This document shows positions 1 through 10,565 of a stretch of DNA of 64,000 bases, piece after piece. The notes beneath the pieces were generated by a model. That model searched no databases, was not told where the DNA came from, and worked only from the letters and a program-made list of their open reading frames with translations. Where the stretch lies: contig DHGX01000001.1 in NCBI GenBank assembly GCA_002402995.1, forward strand, positions 12,850 to 76,849, in the 5' to 3' direction. The translations under genes were made by a program, and so were the position numbers. The stretch comes from Patescibacteria group bacterium UBA4787 (GTDB lineage Bacteria; Patescibacteriota; Patescibacteriia; UBA2591; UBA4787). Positions within the stretch are counted from its first letter, which is position 1; every line of letters starts with the position of its first letter.

Positions 1-1279
1 TTTTTTTAAATTCTTCTCGCAGGTCTGCTTCTGAGACGTTGATTGTGTCGGCAAATTTTTTGAGCCAAAAATTTCTATCCATTGCATCGCCCAATTTTGC
101 CAAAGCGGGAAAAAATATTTTTTTCGCCTCTTTAATGTCAGCAGAAAATGAAAAATCTTTTCCGCTATTAGCTTTTATAAAATAATACTCCATAATCGGC
201 TGAGCTGATCTAACCGCTTTTTCCCAAAGGTCTTTGCCCTGTGACGAAGACTTCAAACATTCATCAGGATCTTTACCCGAAGGAATGGAAATAATCTTCA
301 CTTCCATTTCTTCTTGAAGGGCCAATTCAATGCCGCGATTAACCGCGTTTTGACCAGCTAAATCAAAGTCAAAGGCTAAGAGTAAATTATTAGTATAACG
401 CTTCAAAAGCATAATTTGTTCATGGGTAAAAGCAGTGCCAGAAGAAGCAACTGTATTTTTAAAACCGAACTGATGACAAGCAATCACGTCCATATTGCCC
501 TCTACGATAATAGCGGCGTTTTCTTTTTTAATATCAACCTTGGCTTTATCTAAGCCATAAATAACGCGACCCTTGCTGTAAATAAGCGTTTCCGACGTGT
601 TAATATATTTAGCGACCTCTTTCTCGTTCTTCACGCCAGGTAAAATTCTGGAGGTAAAGCCGACCACCCGACCGTGTAGATCTTGAATAGGAAAAATAAT
701 CCGATTGCGAAAACGTTCAAAATAACTTCCGCTTCCTTTAATAATTAAACCCGCTGCTTCCACGTCCGTTAAATTTACTTTGCGATTCTCAAAAAATTTA
801 ACAAGGCTGCCGGACAGATCAGGCGCGAAGCCGAGTTTGAAAATTTCGATCACGGCAGGAGATATGTCCCTTTTTCTTAAATAAGCTCGAGCGTTTTCTG
901 CTACCGGCGAACTTTCTAAAATTTTCTGATAAAAACGGCTGGCCAAATCGCAAACTTCTAGAAGCTTGTTCTTTTGATTTGTAGAAACTTTTTGTTCGCT
1001 TGATAAAACCACGCCGGCCTTGGCGGCCAAAATTTTCAAAACCTCAGGGAATTCAATTCCTTCTATTTCTTTTAAAAAAGTGAATATGTCGCCGCCCTTG
1101 CCGCAACCAAAACAATGCCAGATCTGCTTTTCAGAGGAAACTAAAAACGATGGCGTCTTTTCGTGATGGAAAGGACAAAGCGCCCGATAATTGGCGCCTG
1201 CCGATTTAAGCTGTATATACTCGGAAATTAATTCAACGATATCAAGTTTAGATTTAATTTCTTCTATTTGATCAGCCAT
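1..1279 (-). CDS. dnaG: DNA primase (N-terminal part; runs off window start)
   Basis: Manual translation from ATG 1279: MADQIEEIKSKLDIVELISEY...CPFHHEKTPSF...WHCFGCGKGGD (CHC2 Zn finger), then KYINTSET and Toprim VEGNMDVI and LAFDFDLAG. Confidence 0.95.
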   Translation of the reverse strand, partial: MADQIEEIKSKLDIVELISEYIQLKSAGANYRALCPFHHEKTPSFLVSSEKQIWHCFGCGKGGDIFTFLKEIEGIEFPEVLKILAAKAGVVLSSEQKVSTNQKNKLLEVCDLASRFYQKILESSPVAENARAYLRKRDISPAVIEIFKLGFAPDLSGSLVKFFENRKVNLTDVEAAGLIIKGSGSYFERFRNRIIFPIQDLHGRVVGFTSRILPGVKNEKEVAKYINTSETLIYSKGRVIYGLDKAKVDIKKENAAIIVEGNMDVIACHQFGFKNTVASSGTAFTHEQIMLLKRYTNNLLLAFDFDLAGQNAVNRGIELALQEEMEVKIISIPSGKDPDECLKSSSQGKDLWEKAVRSAQPIMEYYFIKANSGKDFSFSADIKEAKKIFFPALAKLGDAMDRNFWLKKFADTINVSEADLREEFKK

Positions 1280-1526
1280 CTAACTAAGAATTACAAATTG
1301 GTTAAACTTTTCCGTTTGACAACAATTGTCTAATGAAATTATATAAAAAATAAGACGTTGGGTCAAATTTGTGATTATTGATCGAGGATTGGAATATTTA
1401 AACAATAAATACGCGCAAAACGTCGCGCAATTCTTCGGTTTTTGGGCTTCGATGACATTATTGAGACTAATCTTTTTTATCTTTGACAAAATAAGATCAA
1501 ATATGAATTAACAATTTCTAAATATA

Positions 1527-2297
1527 CTAAAATAGTTTCCCGGGATGTTCGACTTCTTTGATTGCTTGACGATAATTGCAATAATCGCAGCCAGGAGCAG
1601 GAGCGGGCGGTTCATTTTTCACTAAACATTCTCGCGCTTTTAAAAGTGTTTCTTCGATCCAGCTGTCATCGCCGAGGTAAGGAATCAATTTAATTTCAAA
1701 CTCCAGTTTGCCGTCAAATGCCTTTCTGTCGGTTTGACCGTTACAATAAACGAAATAAGCCGTTTTAGACACCTTGAAGCCATTTTTTCTAAAAAGCCAT
1801 TGATATATCTCTACTTGTCTTTTATATCCCCCCTGCCACTCCGCATCAAGATTAATTTCAGAATTCTTGGCTGTGGCCTTATAATCCACAATAATTAATT
1901 CTTTTTGTTTATTGATCCATAAATCGTCAATGCCGCCGGTAACCAAAAAATTGGTCAACGGATGGCAATATTGAATTCCGCCGCGCAAGGCATCACGCCA
2001 GAGGTCCATTTTTTCGTGAGTAAACGGCACAGCTTCAACGCCGTAAGCTTCCATAAGAGGGTGTGTGGTTTTTTTCGCTCGATGAATATCGAATTCTTTT
2101 TTAAGTAGTATGTCAACTGCCGAATTTAGAGTAAAAGGAAATCCCGGTGGACGCGACACGCCGAATCGGCGGTCAGAATAAAAACAGTATGGACACTCAA
2201 AAAATAAATCTATTTTAGATCTACTTAATCTAAAGGGTTCCTTGTTATTGGGATTATAAAGATTTTTGATGCGTCTTGGTTTATAATATTCTGACAT
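1527..2297 (-). CDS. PD-(D/E)XK nuclease family protein (Cas4/RecB-like, Cys ligands)
   Basis: LSRSKIDLFFECPYC, GGIDDL...IVDYK, QVEIY and C-terminal CDYCNY. Confidence 0.8.
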   Translation of the reverse strand: MSEYYKPRRIKNLYNPNNKEPFRLSRSKIDLFFECPYCFYSDRRFGVSRPPGFPFTLNSAVDILLKKEFDIHRAKKTTHPLMEAYGVEAVPFTHEKMDLWRDALRGGIQYCHPLTNFLVTGGIDDLWINKQKELIIVDYKATAKNSEINLDAEWQGGYKRQVEIYQWLFRKNGFKVSKTAYFVYCNGQTDRKAFDGKLEFEIKLIPYLGDDSWIEETLLKARECLVKNEPPAPAPGCDYCNYRQAIKEVEHPGKLF

Positions 2298-2342
2298 AAT
2301 GAATTAAAAATTATTTTTAAAGCCTACTATATAATAAATAGT

Positions 2343-3059
2343 CTAAGTTTGCATTAGCTTGATTATATATTCCCTGGCCTTTAATTGATCTTCAAGGCTA
2401 TTCTCTACCTCTAAAGCGATAAATTTGGGGAAATATTTAAGAGAATATCTTTTAAGATAATCAAACTCTGACAACTCTTTAAAAAAATGCCAATCGTATT
2501 GAGCTTGGCGAACGTGGCGATAACGGCTATATTTTGGCTTTGAACTAATGGCGCTAATATGAGCACAGCCAATTTTAGATTTTTTTATCACTTCAAAATT
2601 ATGACAGTAAGCACCCTGATCAACAAGACGGTCATTCTCTAAGTGCGCAAAATCAAAACAAAGACCAGCGACTTTTTTCAATTCGGATAGATCCAATAAA
2701 ATAGCGGAGTTTTCGATATAAATTTTGTTTTTATATTTTGACAGGTCAAAGAGCGGAGGATATTTTGAATGCCGAGGAGAATGTATATTAAGCGCTTTAG
2801 TCTTATATCTTTTAATTAAAAATTCGACCTCTTTGACGTCCGAATCACTCCTTAAATGAACAAAAGGGATGCGCTGCAATTTAGTTTTAACTAAAAGACT
2901 GTAAAGCTTTTTTCTTTGCGCGGGATTTACGTTGGTTAAAAATAGGGCCACTTCTTTAATCGATAACTTGTCAATTTCTTTGATCTTTTTCTGCCAACCA
3001 GACGGGGTCAAAGTAGTAATAGATAGTAAAATTTTCCTAGAATTTATAAATTTATTCAT
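2343..3059 (-). CDS. Hypothetical protein, possible TIM-barrel (xylose isomerase/AP endonuclease-like)
   Basis: 238 aa ORF; IYIEN, CFDFAH, CAHIS and IALEVE motifs. Confidence 0.55.
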   Translation of the reverse strand: MNKFINSRKILLSITTLTPSGWQKKIKEIDKLSIKEVALFLTNVNPAQRKKLYSLLVKTKLQRIPFVHLRSDSDVKEVEFLIKRYKTKALNIHSPRHSKYPPLFDLSKYKNKIYIENSAILLDLSELKKVAGLCFDFAHLENDRLVDQGAYCHNFEVIKKSKIGCAHISAISSKPKYSRYRHVRQAQYDWHFFKELSEFDYLKRYSLKYFPKFIALEVENSLEDQLKAREYIIKLMQT

Positions 3060-3150
3060 TTTGTATTTTTGTGTCGCGAAACTGTCAAATTATAACTTAG
3101 AGCCTAAATTTAGCAAACGGCCAATATTTCTGATGCTAGTAAATATTTTA

Positions 3151-3771
3151 CTAAATTTTGATTTTTATTGCGCCTTGACGCAGAATTTTGATTTTTCTAT
3201 TTTTTATCTCCAACAAAGTTGACGGTAATGAATCTAATTTCCCTTCGTCCAAATAAAATTCAGCACGACAACCAAAATACTTTTTGGCCTCTTTGATGGT
3301 TTTGGCTGGTTTTAAGCCTTCGGGGTTGGCGCTCGGTGCAGTCAATGGCCCGACTTGTTTCAAAATTTTTATTAAAGAGGCTTTTTTAGGTAAACGAAAA
3401 GCCAGAGTATTTGTTCCGCGATGCAAATAAAAAAAATGCTTATGTGGACAATTTAAAATAACACTGATTCGGCCGGGCCACAATTTACTTAGGACTTTTC
3501 GCACAGTCGAACTGATTTTGATATTAAATAAATTTAAATCTTTCAGAGAAGAAATTAAAATAATTAAAGGCTTTCTAGGTTGCCGCCCCTTAATTTGATA
3601 AACTCTCCTCACGGTTTTTTTATTTAAGGCTTGGCCGACTAAACCATAGAGCGTGTCAGTTGCTATAACGCCCACTCCGCCTTGTTTCAAAACTTCAATA
3701 ATCACCGAATGATCAAGCTTTTTATTTTTTAACACTCCTTCGTTAGATAAAATGCGAAAATTTTTCTTCAT
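3151..3771 (-). CDS. tsaC: Threonylcarbamoyl-AMP synthase (Sua5/YrdC)
   Basis: TDTLYGL, KGRQPRKPL, WPG, SANPEG, PSTLL and ILRQG motifs; start uncertain. Confidence 0.9.
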   Translation of the reverse strand: MKKNFRILSNEGVLKNKKLDHSVIIEVLKQGGVGVIATDTLYGLVGQALNKKTVRRVYQIKGRQPRKPLIILISSLKDLNLFNIKISSTVRKVLSKLWPGRISVILNCPHKHFFYLHRGTNTLAFRLPKKASLIKILKQVGPLTAPSANPEGLKPAKTIKEAKKYFGCRAEFYLDEGKLDSLPSTLLEIKNRKIKILRQGAIKIKI

Positions 3772-3924
3772 AATAAAATCTTTATTATTCCTATACATAA
3801 TCGGCTCAATACATTAATTAATTGCCCTTGTCTCAAGAAAAAAGCGCTCGAAAATTGAATGCTTTTTAGAAATTTAGACGCATTAATCTAAATTAAAAAT
3901 CTAATTTATTTGCTTATTTTAATA

Positions 3925-4785
3925 TTATTTTCCGTCTATTTTCGCGGTAATTTTTGATAAGGATTCTTGAAATTCTTCTATGCGCTCCCCAAGCTCTTGC
4001 GGCAATTCCGGGTCTAGTTTTAAGGCGCGAATTTGATTTTGCAATAAACCAACAAAAAAACTAAAAAGATCTTTCTCGTATTGAGAAGCTTTGTCTAAAT
4101 CCGGAATGAATTCTTTCATGCCATGATTAATATAACTTACCGGCAAGGCTAAATAAAAAATGGGGATATTTTTGATGCTTGTTTTATTAATGGAAAGTTT
4201 TTGAGTTTCTTTGTCTTCTTTAATAACAAGGCCATATTTTAAGGTAGATCCGCCACGACGATCTTTTTCTAAGATTTTTCTTTCTTTCTCGCGAAAAACA
4301 TCACCAGAAGTATCACCCACTTCATCCAGCGCACAAATCACATTGCCATTCGTCTTATCCACAATAACATTATCAATACCGTTCTTGATATCATCATAAC
4401 GCGAAGACCTCGCCACCACGAATTCTCCTCTCAAAAATTTATGGAAAACGGAGGTTTTTAACATCTCTAACTTTTCACCCCATGTATTCTTCCTGCGTTT
4501 TTCTCTCTCGCGCCAACCGAGCCCATGATAGAACATATCCTCGCAGTACCTAACATATTCTCTATCTCTCGCAACGGCTTCGCGCGAATTATAATCTTCA
4601 ACGAAGGCATTTATGTCAATGCGGCAATCTGATTCAACCGGAATGTTTTGCTTTTTTAAATCATCATAAATTTTGCGCATAAACTCGAGCATCTTTTCAG
4701 AATCCTTTTTATGCTCAGGGCTGTTAGCATCTATCTTTTCGTCTTTATTGTGAGATCCAGATTGTTCGGGCAGTTCAAATTTCAT
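3925..4785 (-). CDS. Hypothetical protein (possible PD-(D/E)XK-like fold)
   Basis: 286 aa ORF; SRYDDIKNGIDNVIVD...CALDEV acidic motif. Confidence 0.55.
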   Translation of the reverse strand: MKFELPEQSGSHNKDEKIDANSPEHKKDSEKMLEFMRKIYDDLKKQNIPVESDCRIDINAFVEDYNSREAVARDREYVRYCEDMFYHGLGWREREKRRKNTWGEKLEMLKTSVFHKFLRGEFVVARSSRYDDIKNGIDNVIVDKTNGNVICALDEVGDTSGDVFREKERKILEKDRRGGSTLKYGLVIKEDKETQKLSINKTSIKNIPIFYLALPVSYINHGMKEFIPDLDKASQYEKDLFSFFVGLLQNQIRALKLDPELPQELGERIEEFQESLSKITAKIDGK

Positions 4786-4862
4786 AAAAAATTTATAGAT
4801 ATTAATTATTTAATAATTATACAACAATTTCCTGCTTGCGACAAAGCTTATCTATTATTTTA

Positions 4863-4945
4863 ATAAAGGGTGTCAACCCTGTGTTATCCGCGCTCGCTCG
4901 GAAGAGTAAATAAATTTACTCTTCACTCATTCGCTTGATAATAAA
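4863..4945 (+). repeat. Family-1 structured repeat, copy a (overlaps HAD stop codon)
   Basis: ATAAAGGGTGTCAACCCTGTGTTATC...GAAGAGTAAAT-AA-ATTTACTCTTC...CTTGATAATAAA. Confidence 0.9.
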
Positions 4946-5595
4946 TTTTTTACCAATTGCGACATCTCCTGAAAATCTCTAACAATATAATCGGCGCCGG
5001 CCTTTTTAAGTTTATTTCTCGAGAACGTGTGAGTAATACCAATTACTATACAACCAGCTCTTTTGGCCGAAATCACTCCGTTAACCGAATCTTCCACAAC
5101 CAAGCATCTCGCGGACGGAATCCTAAGTTTTTTGACCGTTTTTAAATATGGCTCCGGGTCTGGCTTGCCGTTGACAATATCCTCCACCGTTATAACCAAA
5201 TCAAAAAAACTATGAAGCGCGAATTTATCAAAAACCATTTTTTGCGACCGCTTATGACCCGATGTTGTTAGCGCTAATTTATCAAACATTTTTCTAGCTC
5301 GCTTAATAAACAACATGGCTCCCGGGAAAAGTTTAATACTTGAAGAAGCGATTTTGACATAGGTATTCTTTTCATAAGAAATCAATTCCTGAACTCTTAA
5401 TGGCCGCTTGGCGAAATTTTTAAGAATATAGGTAAAAATAGCCAAAGAAGGTTTCCCTTTAAATTTTTTCCATTCGGTTAATGGAACCTTTATGTTATAT
5501 TTTTTCAAAACTAATAATTCTGCTTTCTGGTGAAGCGGCTCAGAATCAGTCAGCACGCCGTCCATATCAAAGATAATCGCCTTAAGTAATGACAT
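4927..5595 (-). CDS. HAD-family phosphatase (beta-phosphoglucomutase-like)
   Basis: FDMDGVL, TS, GKPDPEPY and VEDSVNG motifs. Confidence 0.9.
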   Translation of the reverse strand: MSLLKAIIFDMDGVLTDSEPLHQKAELLVLKKYNIKVPLTEWKKFKGKPSLAIFTYILKNFAKRPLRVQELISYEKNTYVKIASSSIKLFPGAMLFIKRARKMFDKLALTTSGHKRSQKMVFDKFALHSFFDLVITVEDIVNGKPDPEPYLKTVKKLRIPSARCLVVEDSVNGVISAKRAGCIVIGITHTFSRNKLKKAGADYIVRDFQEMSQLVKNLLSSE

Positions 5596-5610
5596 ATTAT
5601 TTCTTGGCTA

Positions 5611-5724
5611 ATAAAGGATATTAAGCCCTGTGTTTGTTTCGCTCGCCCCGCCTTGACTCGCATCGGCGAGGCAGGTCGGAAAAGCAAATTCATTTGCTTT
5701 TCCCTCACTTGCTCACAAATAAAA
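5611..5724 (+). repeat. Family-1 repeat, copy b, with nested GC-rich palindrome
   Basis: Same ends as copy a; insert CCCGCCTTGACTCGCATCGGCGAGGCAGG. Confidence 0.9.
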
Positions 5725-6316
5725 TTTGATTAATCCAATTATTTTTCTCTTTAACAAAAACCTCTTTTTCAATATTGAAGGCCGTTTCAGTTAAAACTTT
5801 TCTTACTTCTTCCGGCCGGTGATAATACGATTCAATTTTAATCGAACCCCCTCTAGTGTCAACCTTCGGTGATCCTTTTTGATTAATATTTGTTAACAAA
5901 AAAAGGCCGTCGTTCTTCAAGATGCGATAAACTTCATTAAAATATTTAGTTAAATCCTTCAAATGAATGATCAAAAAAGTCGAAACAACTAAATCAAAAC
6001 TTTTGTCCTTAAACAACAAATTTTCCGCATCGCCAATGATTATTTTAATCAAAAGATTTTTACGATGCAAAACCTCCAACATTTTTCTAGAAACATCCAA
6101 AGCCGTTACCTTAGCGCCTTTTTGAGCTAAAATATTAGTTAAACGGCCCGTGCCCGCGCCGATATCCAGAACCTCCTTATTTTTTATTTCACCCAATAAT
6201 TCAAAAATTTTTCCTTGTTCAAAACTATTTAAATATTTTTCTTTCTGATCATAAATATCCGCGGCTAAATTATAGCCGCTCTTTGAATCTAAAATTTTTA
6301 TTTTCTTTTTAGACAA
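5705..6316 (-). CDS. Class I SAM-dependent methyltransferase
   Basis: VLDIGAGTG, LDVS, GDAENL and SFDLV motifs; start probably TTG 6316 rather than 6406. Confidence 0.85.
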   Translation of the reverse strand: MSKKKIKILDSKSGYNLAADIYDQKEKYLNSFEQGKIFELLGEIKNKEVLDIGAGTGRLTNILAQKGAKVTALDVSRKMLEVLHRKNLLIKIIIGDAENLLFKDKSFDLVVSTFLIIHLKDLTKYFNEVYRILKNDGLFLLTNINQKGSPKVDTRGGSIKIESYYHRPEEVRKVLTETAFNIEKEVFVKEKNNWINQILFVSK

Positions 6317-6332
6317 TTTGAATATATGGTTT

Positions 6333-7244
6333 TTATTTAGTATCTTCTGTCGTGTCTCGCACAATGCCTTGATGATTAGACCTAAAGCAACATTCTCTGC
6401 CGACACAGAATTTTTCTATTTCAATTTCAATCGTAGAGTGATGGATATTATTTTTTTCCAAAATTTCCTTAATAAGTTTTCTAATTTCGCTGGATTTAGC
6501 AAGCAGAACATCTTCAATCAAAACACGGGCAGTTAAGATACTGGTTTCTCCTTCCAGCGACCAGACATGAACATCATAGATTCCTTTTACGCCCTTAGTC
6601 GCCAACACTAATTGTTTTATTTTCTCTGTGTCAACGTGCGAAGGAACTCCTTCAAGAAAAATATTAAAACTTTCTTTTAAGTTTCTAAATACGCCCCAGA
6701 GAATGAAACAGGTAAATCCGATAGTAATTATTGGATCAACAAGATAATTACCCCAAAACTTAATGATTGTTCCGCCGATAAATATCACGACCCAGCCCAG
6801 CACGTCTTCCAGTAAATGCCAAGAAAGGATCTTCTCGTTTTGGCTATGCCCTTTTTTTAATCGGAAAAATCCTATGCCGTTTACAATCACCCCAAAAACC
6901 GCCATTAAAATCATCCCTTCAGCTTTTACGGGTTCGGGTTTAATAAGGCGAGGAATAACATTTAACAATATAAATAAAGATCCTGCTATTAGTACTATCG
7001 CCGCGAAAAACGAAGCGAACAAAGACAATCTTTGATAACCAAAAGTTCTTTTTTTATCCGCGGGCTTTTTACTGATTTTCTCTAAAATCCAGGCGAAAAT
7101 AAGCACTAAGCTGTCGCCGAAATCATGTAAAGCGTTAGATAAAATAGCCAAGCTGTTGGTTAAAAGACCAACTATAACCTCCGCGACAGCAAAAAATATA
7201 TTCAAATATGCCGCGAATTTAATATTGCTTTCTCTGTCTTTCAT
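6333..7244 (-). CDS. Cation diffusion facilitator (CzcD-like Zn/Co/Cd exporter)
   Basis: ALHDFGD, TFGYQR, HLLEDVLG, DVHVWSL and HSTIE motifs; about 6 TM segments. Confidence 0.9.
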   Translation of the reverse strand: MKDRESNIKFAAYLNIFFAVAEVIVGLLTNSLAILSNALHDFGDSLVLIFAWILEKISKKPADKKRTFGYQRLSLFASFFAAIVLIAGSLFILLNVIPRLIKPEPVKAEGMILMAVFGVIVNGIGFFRLKKGHSQNEKILSWHLLEDVLGWVVIFIGGTIIKFWGNYLVDPIITIGFTCFILWGVFRNLKESFNIFLEGVPSHVDTEKIKQLVLATKGVKGIYDVHVWSLEGETSILTARVLIEDVLLAKSSEIRKLIKEILEKNNIHHSTIEIEIEKFCVGRECCFRSNHQGIVRDTTEDTK

Positions 7245-7291
7245 AACGTATTTTAACCATATCTAATTAATTTCTGATGGGCGACGAAAAA

Positions 7292-8059
7292 TTATTCTTT
7301 TGGATATTTATACCATTGGCATTCGTCATTAACACATTTACATTTCAACCCATATATATCTGCGTTATAACAATCTCTGAATTCGCAGGTTGTGATTATC
7401 GGGTCTTCTAATTTCGATCTAGGTTGGCAAACTTGTCCAGAACAACCGCTTTTCATACAATCTTCATCGGTTAAACACCGTCCGCGAGTTGATAAACCGC
7501 AAAAATCATCCTTTGGCTGAGGAGAAACAGCTTTATGTTCGGTTACTTCTATTTCTTTTTCCCATAAAAGATCTATCGGCATATTCTCATATTCAATCCC
7601 AAAAATTTGGATTTTATACTTTCCTTTTCCCGGCGCTTCAATTTTCATATCAATTTCATAATCACAAACACATCTACACATTTTTCCCTCATTTTTTTCT
7701 TTTAATTTAACTAAGGTGTGGTCTGGACGGACTTCTAAAGAATCCAAATAAATCTCCATTTTAGCGCAACAGACATAATTTAAATAATGAGTTAAATTAA
7801 TAAAACCATTATCAATACTGACGTCTACTTTTTGTTCCTTGCCCGAGCCTCTGGTTTTCGTATATTCTTTCGTCTCTTTTTCGCCGCAGCCCCTCACATT
7901 ATAGCTCAATTTTAATATTTCGACCGGTTCGGTGGGCGGGGCGGGAATTGTTGGCGCGGAGACGGCTGTAGGTTTATCCAAATACACAAATAAACTGATT
8001 CCTGCCACGACTACTACGACGACTAAAATTCCATATAACAATTTTTTATTGGTAATCAT
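7292..8059 (-). CDS. Membrane-anchored protein with C-terminal eight-cysteine-cluster domain
   Basis: N-terminal TM; FCGLSTRGRCLTDEDCMKSGCSGQVCQ...TTCEFRDCY...CKCVNDECQW. Confidence 0.75.
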   Translation of the reverse strand: MITNKKLLYGILVVVVVVAGISLFVYLDKPTAVSAPTIPAPPTEPVEILKLSYNVRGCGEKETKEYTKTRGSGKEQKVDVSIDNGFINLTHYLNYVCCAKMEIYLDSLEVRPDHTLVKLKEKNEGKMCRCVCDYEIDMKIEAPGKGKYKIQIFGIEYENMPIDLLWEKEIEVTEHKAVSPQPKDDFCGLSTRGRCLTDEDCMKSGCSGQVCQPRSKLEDPIITTCEFRDCYNADIYGLKCKCVNDECQWYKYPKE

Positions 8060-8109
8060 AAAATTAAATAATTCTTATATTAACTTGTATTAAAGGGATG
8101 TATAACGGA

Positions 8110-8340
8110 TTCTGAAAACTGGCGGTACCTGTTTGAAAATATCCCTGTCTACCGGTAGGCAGGCGAACTTTTTTTGACGAAAATCCGGATTGCGAACTTT
8201 GGCGCTCCGCTCCGCCGCCCCGCTCGCTGACGCTCGCCGCCCCGCAAAAAAGTTTTCTTCACATTTTCGGATTTGCGCGCGCCGATTTTTTCGGCGACGG
8301 CAATTTTTCGTGCCAGCAAAGCTGGCGCACCGCCTATTTC
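8110..8340 (+). mobile_element. att-like scar: large serine recombinase C-terminal tail plus GC-rich structured element end
   Basis: Reads SENWRYLFENI/[20-bp palindrome]/RTFFDENPDCEL; core TGGCGG equals the tRNA-Ser 3' end; GTGCCAGCAAAGCTGGCGC shared with about 33597. Confidence 0.5.
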
Positions 8341-8522
8341 TTTCCGGGTTTTCTCATTATAAATAAATATTTGAAACCCCTCAAATAGAAATTAAATTGC
8401 CTTATAATTGAAACTTTTTCCATAAGCCTACTATTTGATTCAATGCCGGTTATTGATCAACGAGGTTGTCGCGTTATTGTTAAGATTGATAATATATTTC
8501 AATGTCTATCCGCGTGTTTTTG

Positions 8523-8612
8523 ATAAAGGGTATTAAGCTCTGTGTTGCCGTCGCTCGCTCGGAAGCTAAAAATACTGTTTTTTTTGCTTCACTCACTTGC
8601 TCGGCAATAAAA
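8523..8612 (+). repeat. Family-1 repeat, copy c (supplies helicase stop codon)
   Basis: ATAAAGGGTATTAAGCTCTGTGTTGCCG...CTCGGCAATAAA. Confidence 0.85.
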
Positions 8613-9923
8613 TCGGCCGCGTCCATAACTCTTTGATGATTGGGATGGGCGATAAGGAGATCGGTGGCGGTGAGACCCGCCTGCGTGGTCGGAGCCACTT
8701 CGGCGAGGCAGAGACCCGCCGGAACGCGGATATTGACGTAAGTGTTCTAGACCCTGCGGACGCGCTGTTAAAAATTGAGGGGCGCGATGCGGTGGAAGAT
8801 CTGAAACCTCCGAAACAGGAATAATTTTTTTAATCAGACGCTCAATGTCGCGCAATTCTGCGCGCTGATCCGGCATCATAAATGAAATCGCGTGTCCATC
8901 AGCGCCGGCTCTGGCCGTGCGCCCAATCCGATGCACATAGTCTTCGGTGTTGGTCGGCAGGTCATAGTTAATAACCAGTTCAATGCCAACCACATCAATG
9001 CCTCGCGAGGCAATATCAGTAGCAATAAGCACACGATACTTCCCGGATTTGAATCCTTCTAACGCATCGCGGCGCTGGCTTAATGAGCGATTGGAATGGA
9101 TCTCAGCGGCCGTATGGCCGATACCACGCATTGCTTTAGTTAGCCTTTTCGCCCCATGTTTTGTCCGAGTAAAAATAAGTGTCGTTCCGGAATATTGCTG
9201 TAATAATTTTTCTACCAAACGAATTTTGTCTTCCTTCCGGATAATGAATATTTCCTGCGTTACCTGTTCTACTGTTGTCTCGGTAGGAGCCACTTCCACC
9301 CTGATCGGCAGTTTCATATAAGTCGCGGCCATCTTCGTGATTTCGGGCGGTATGGTCGCGGAAAAAAGCATAACTTGTCTTTCTTTCGGCAGCGTATGAA
9401 AAATTTTCTGGATTTGGGGCGCGAATCCCATGTCCAACATACGATCCGCTTCATCTAAAATAATAATACAAACTCTGTCCAGTTTAACTATTCTTTGCTG
9501 GAGATAGTCATTAAGCCGGCCAGGGGTCGCGATGATGATGTGGGGATCTTTAGCTATGGCCTGCAGCTGCGGCCTCATGGCCGCACCGCCAATAATCACT
9601 GCTGTTCTTAGCCCCAGACCAGCGCCGACTTGACGCAAGGCTTCATCCACCTGCATAGCCAGCTCTCGCGTGGGAAGCACTATAAGACCGCGTCCTTTGC
9701 TTTTACAAAGTCGCTGGATCATCGGGATGCCGAAAGCAAGCGTTTTTCCTGTTCCCGTCTGGGCGATGCCAACCATATCTTTCCCTTCCATTGCGATTGG
9801 GATGGCCAACTTTTGTATTGGAGTCGGGTGTTTAAAATGTAATTTTATGAGAACATCATAAATCGCCGGGGCGATACCAAGACCGGAAAACCCATCTGTT
9901 TTTACGATAAAATCATTATTCAT
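8589..9923 (-). CDS. DEAD-box RNA helicase (RhlE-like)
   Basis: Q motif, AQTGTGKT, PTRELA, TPGR, DEAD, SAT and HRIGRTAR. Confidence 0.95.
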   Translation of the reverse strand: MNNDFIVKTDGFSGLGIAPAIYDVLIKLHFKHPTPIQKLAIPIAMEGKDMVGIAQTGTGKTLAFGIPMIQRLCKSKGRGLIVLPTRELAMQVDEALRQVGAGLGLRTAVIIGGAAMRPQLQAIAKDPHIIIATPGRLNDYLQQRIVKLDRVCIIILDEADRMLDMGFAPQIQKIFHTLPKERQVMLFSATIPPEITKMAATYMKLPIRVEVAPTETTVEQVTQEIFIIRKEDKIRLVEKLLQQYSGTTLIFTRTKHGAKRLTKAMRGIGHTAAEIHSNRSLSQRRDALEGFKSGKYRVLIATDIASRGIDVVGIELVINYDLPTNTEDYVHRIGRTARAGADGHAISFMMPDQRAELRDIERLIKKIIPVSEVSDLPPHRAPQFLTARPQGLEHLRQYPRSGGSLPRRSGSDHAGGSHRHRSPYRPSQSSKSYGRGRFYCRASE

Positions 9924-9995
9924 AAAATAAAAATATATAAAAAATAACGACGGAATAAGTATCCTTAACGAAACACGAAGCTGGCGACGTGTTCA

Positions 9996-10565
9996 TTACT
10001 TTAATATTTCTTTAATTAAATCGCCCACGCCAATTCTCTTTTCCGCGGAATATGGAATAACTTTATGACTTCCGACTATATCTTGAATTTTTTGAAGCTG
10101 CTTTTTGTATTCTGTTTTTTTTATTTTGTCTATTTTATTCGCGACAATAACAATGTTCTTCCCTTGCTCTTCCAGGGCGTGGAGCATTTCCAGATCATTA
10201 TCTGTCAGACCAACATTCGCGTCTATAATAAGCACAATTTTTTTCTGTTCGTAGTGCGACCTAAACAGGTACCAATCAATCATTTTTTGAAGCCGCTCCC
10301 GATCTTTCCATGAAGCCATAGAAAACCCGTACCCGGGCAGATCCACTAAATAAAAAGATTTATTTATCAAAAATAAATTTATCTCTTGGGTGCGCCCGGG
10401 AAAAGAACTGGTTCTAGCTAAGTCTTTCTGTTTAACCAAAGAATTGATGGTGCTGGACTTGCCCACATTTGAACGGCCGATAAAAACGATTTGGGGAATG
10501 CCGTTCTCTAAAATCTTGTCGGTTCCCACCACGCCTTTTACAAACTCTGCGGATAGTATATGCAT
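9996..10565 (-). CDS. engB: Ribosome biogenesis GTPase YihA/YsxC
   Basis: GRSNVGKSS, PGRTQ, DLPGYG and NKIDK. Confidence 0.95.
   Translation of the reverse strand: MHILSAEFVKGVVGTDKILENGIPQIVFIGRSNVGKSSTINSLVKQKDLARTSSFPGRTQEINLFLINKSFYLVDLPGYGFSMASWKDRERLQKMIDWYLFRSHYEQKKIVLIIDANVGLTDNDLEMLHALEEQGKNIVIVANKIDKIKKTEYKKQLQKIQDIVGSHKVIPYSAEKRIGVGDLIKEILK

Noticed and set aside
1527-2297. Cas4 as part of a CRISPR system
   Set aside because: Solo PD-(D/E)XK nuclease in a housekeeping context with no cas1/cas2 or array
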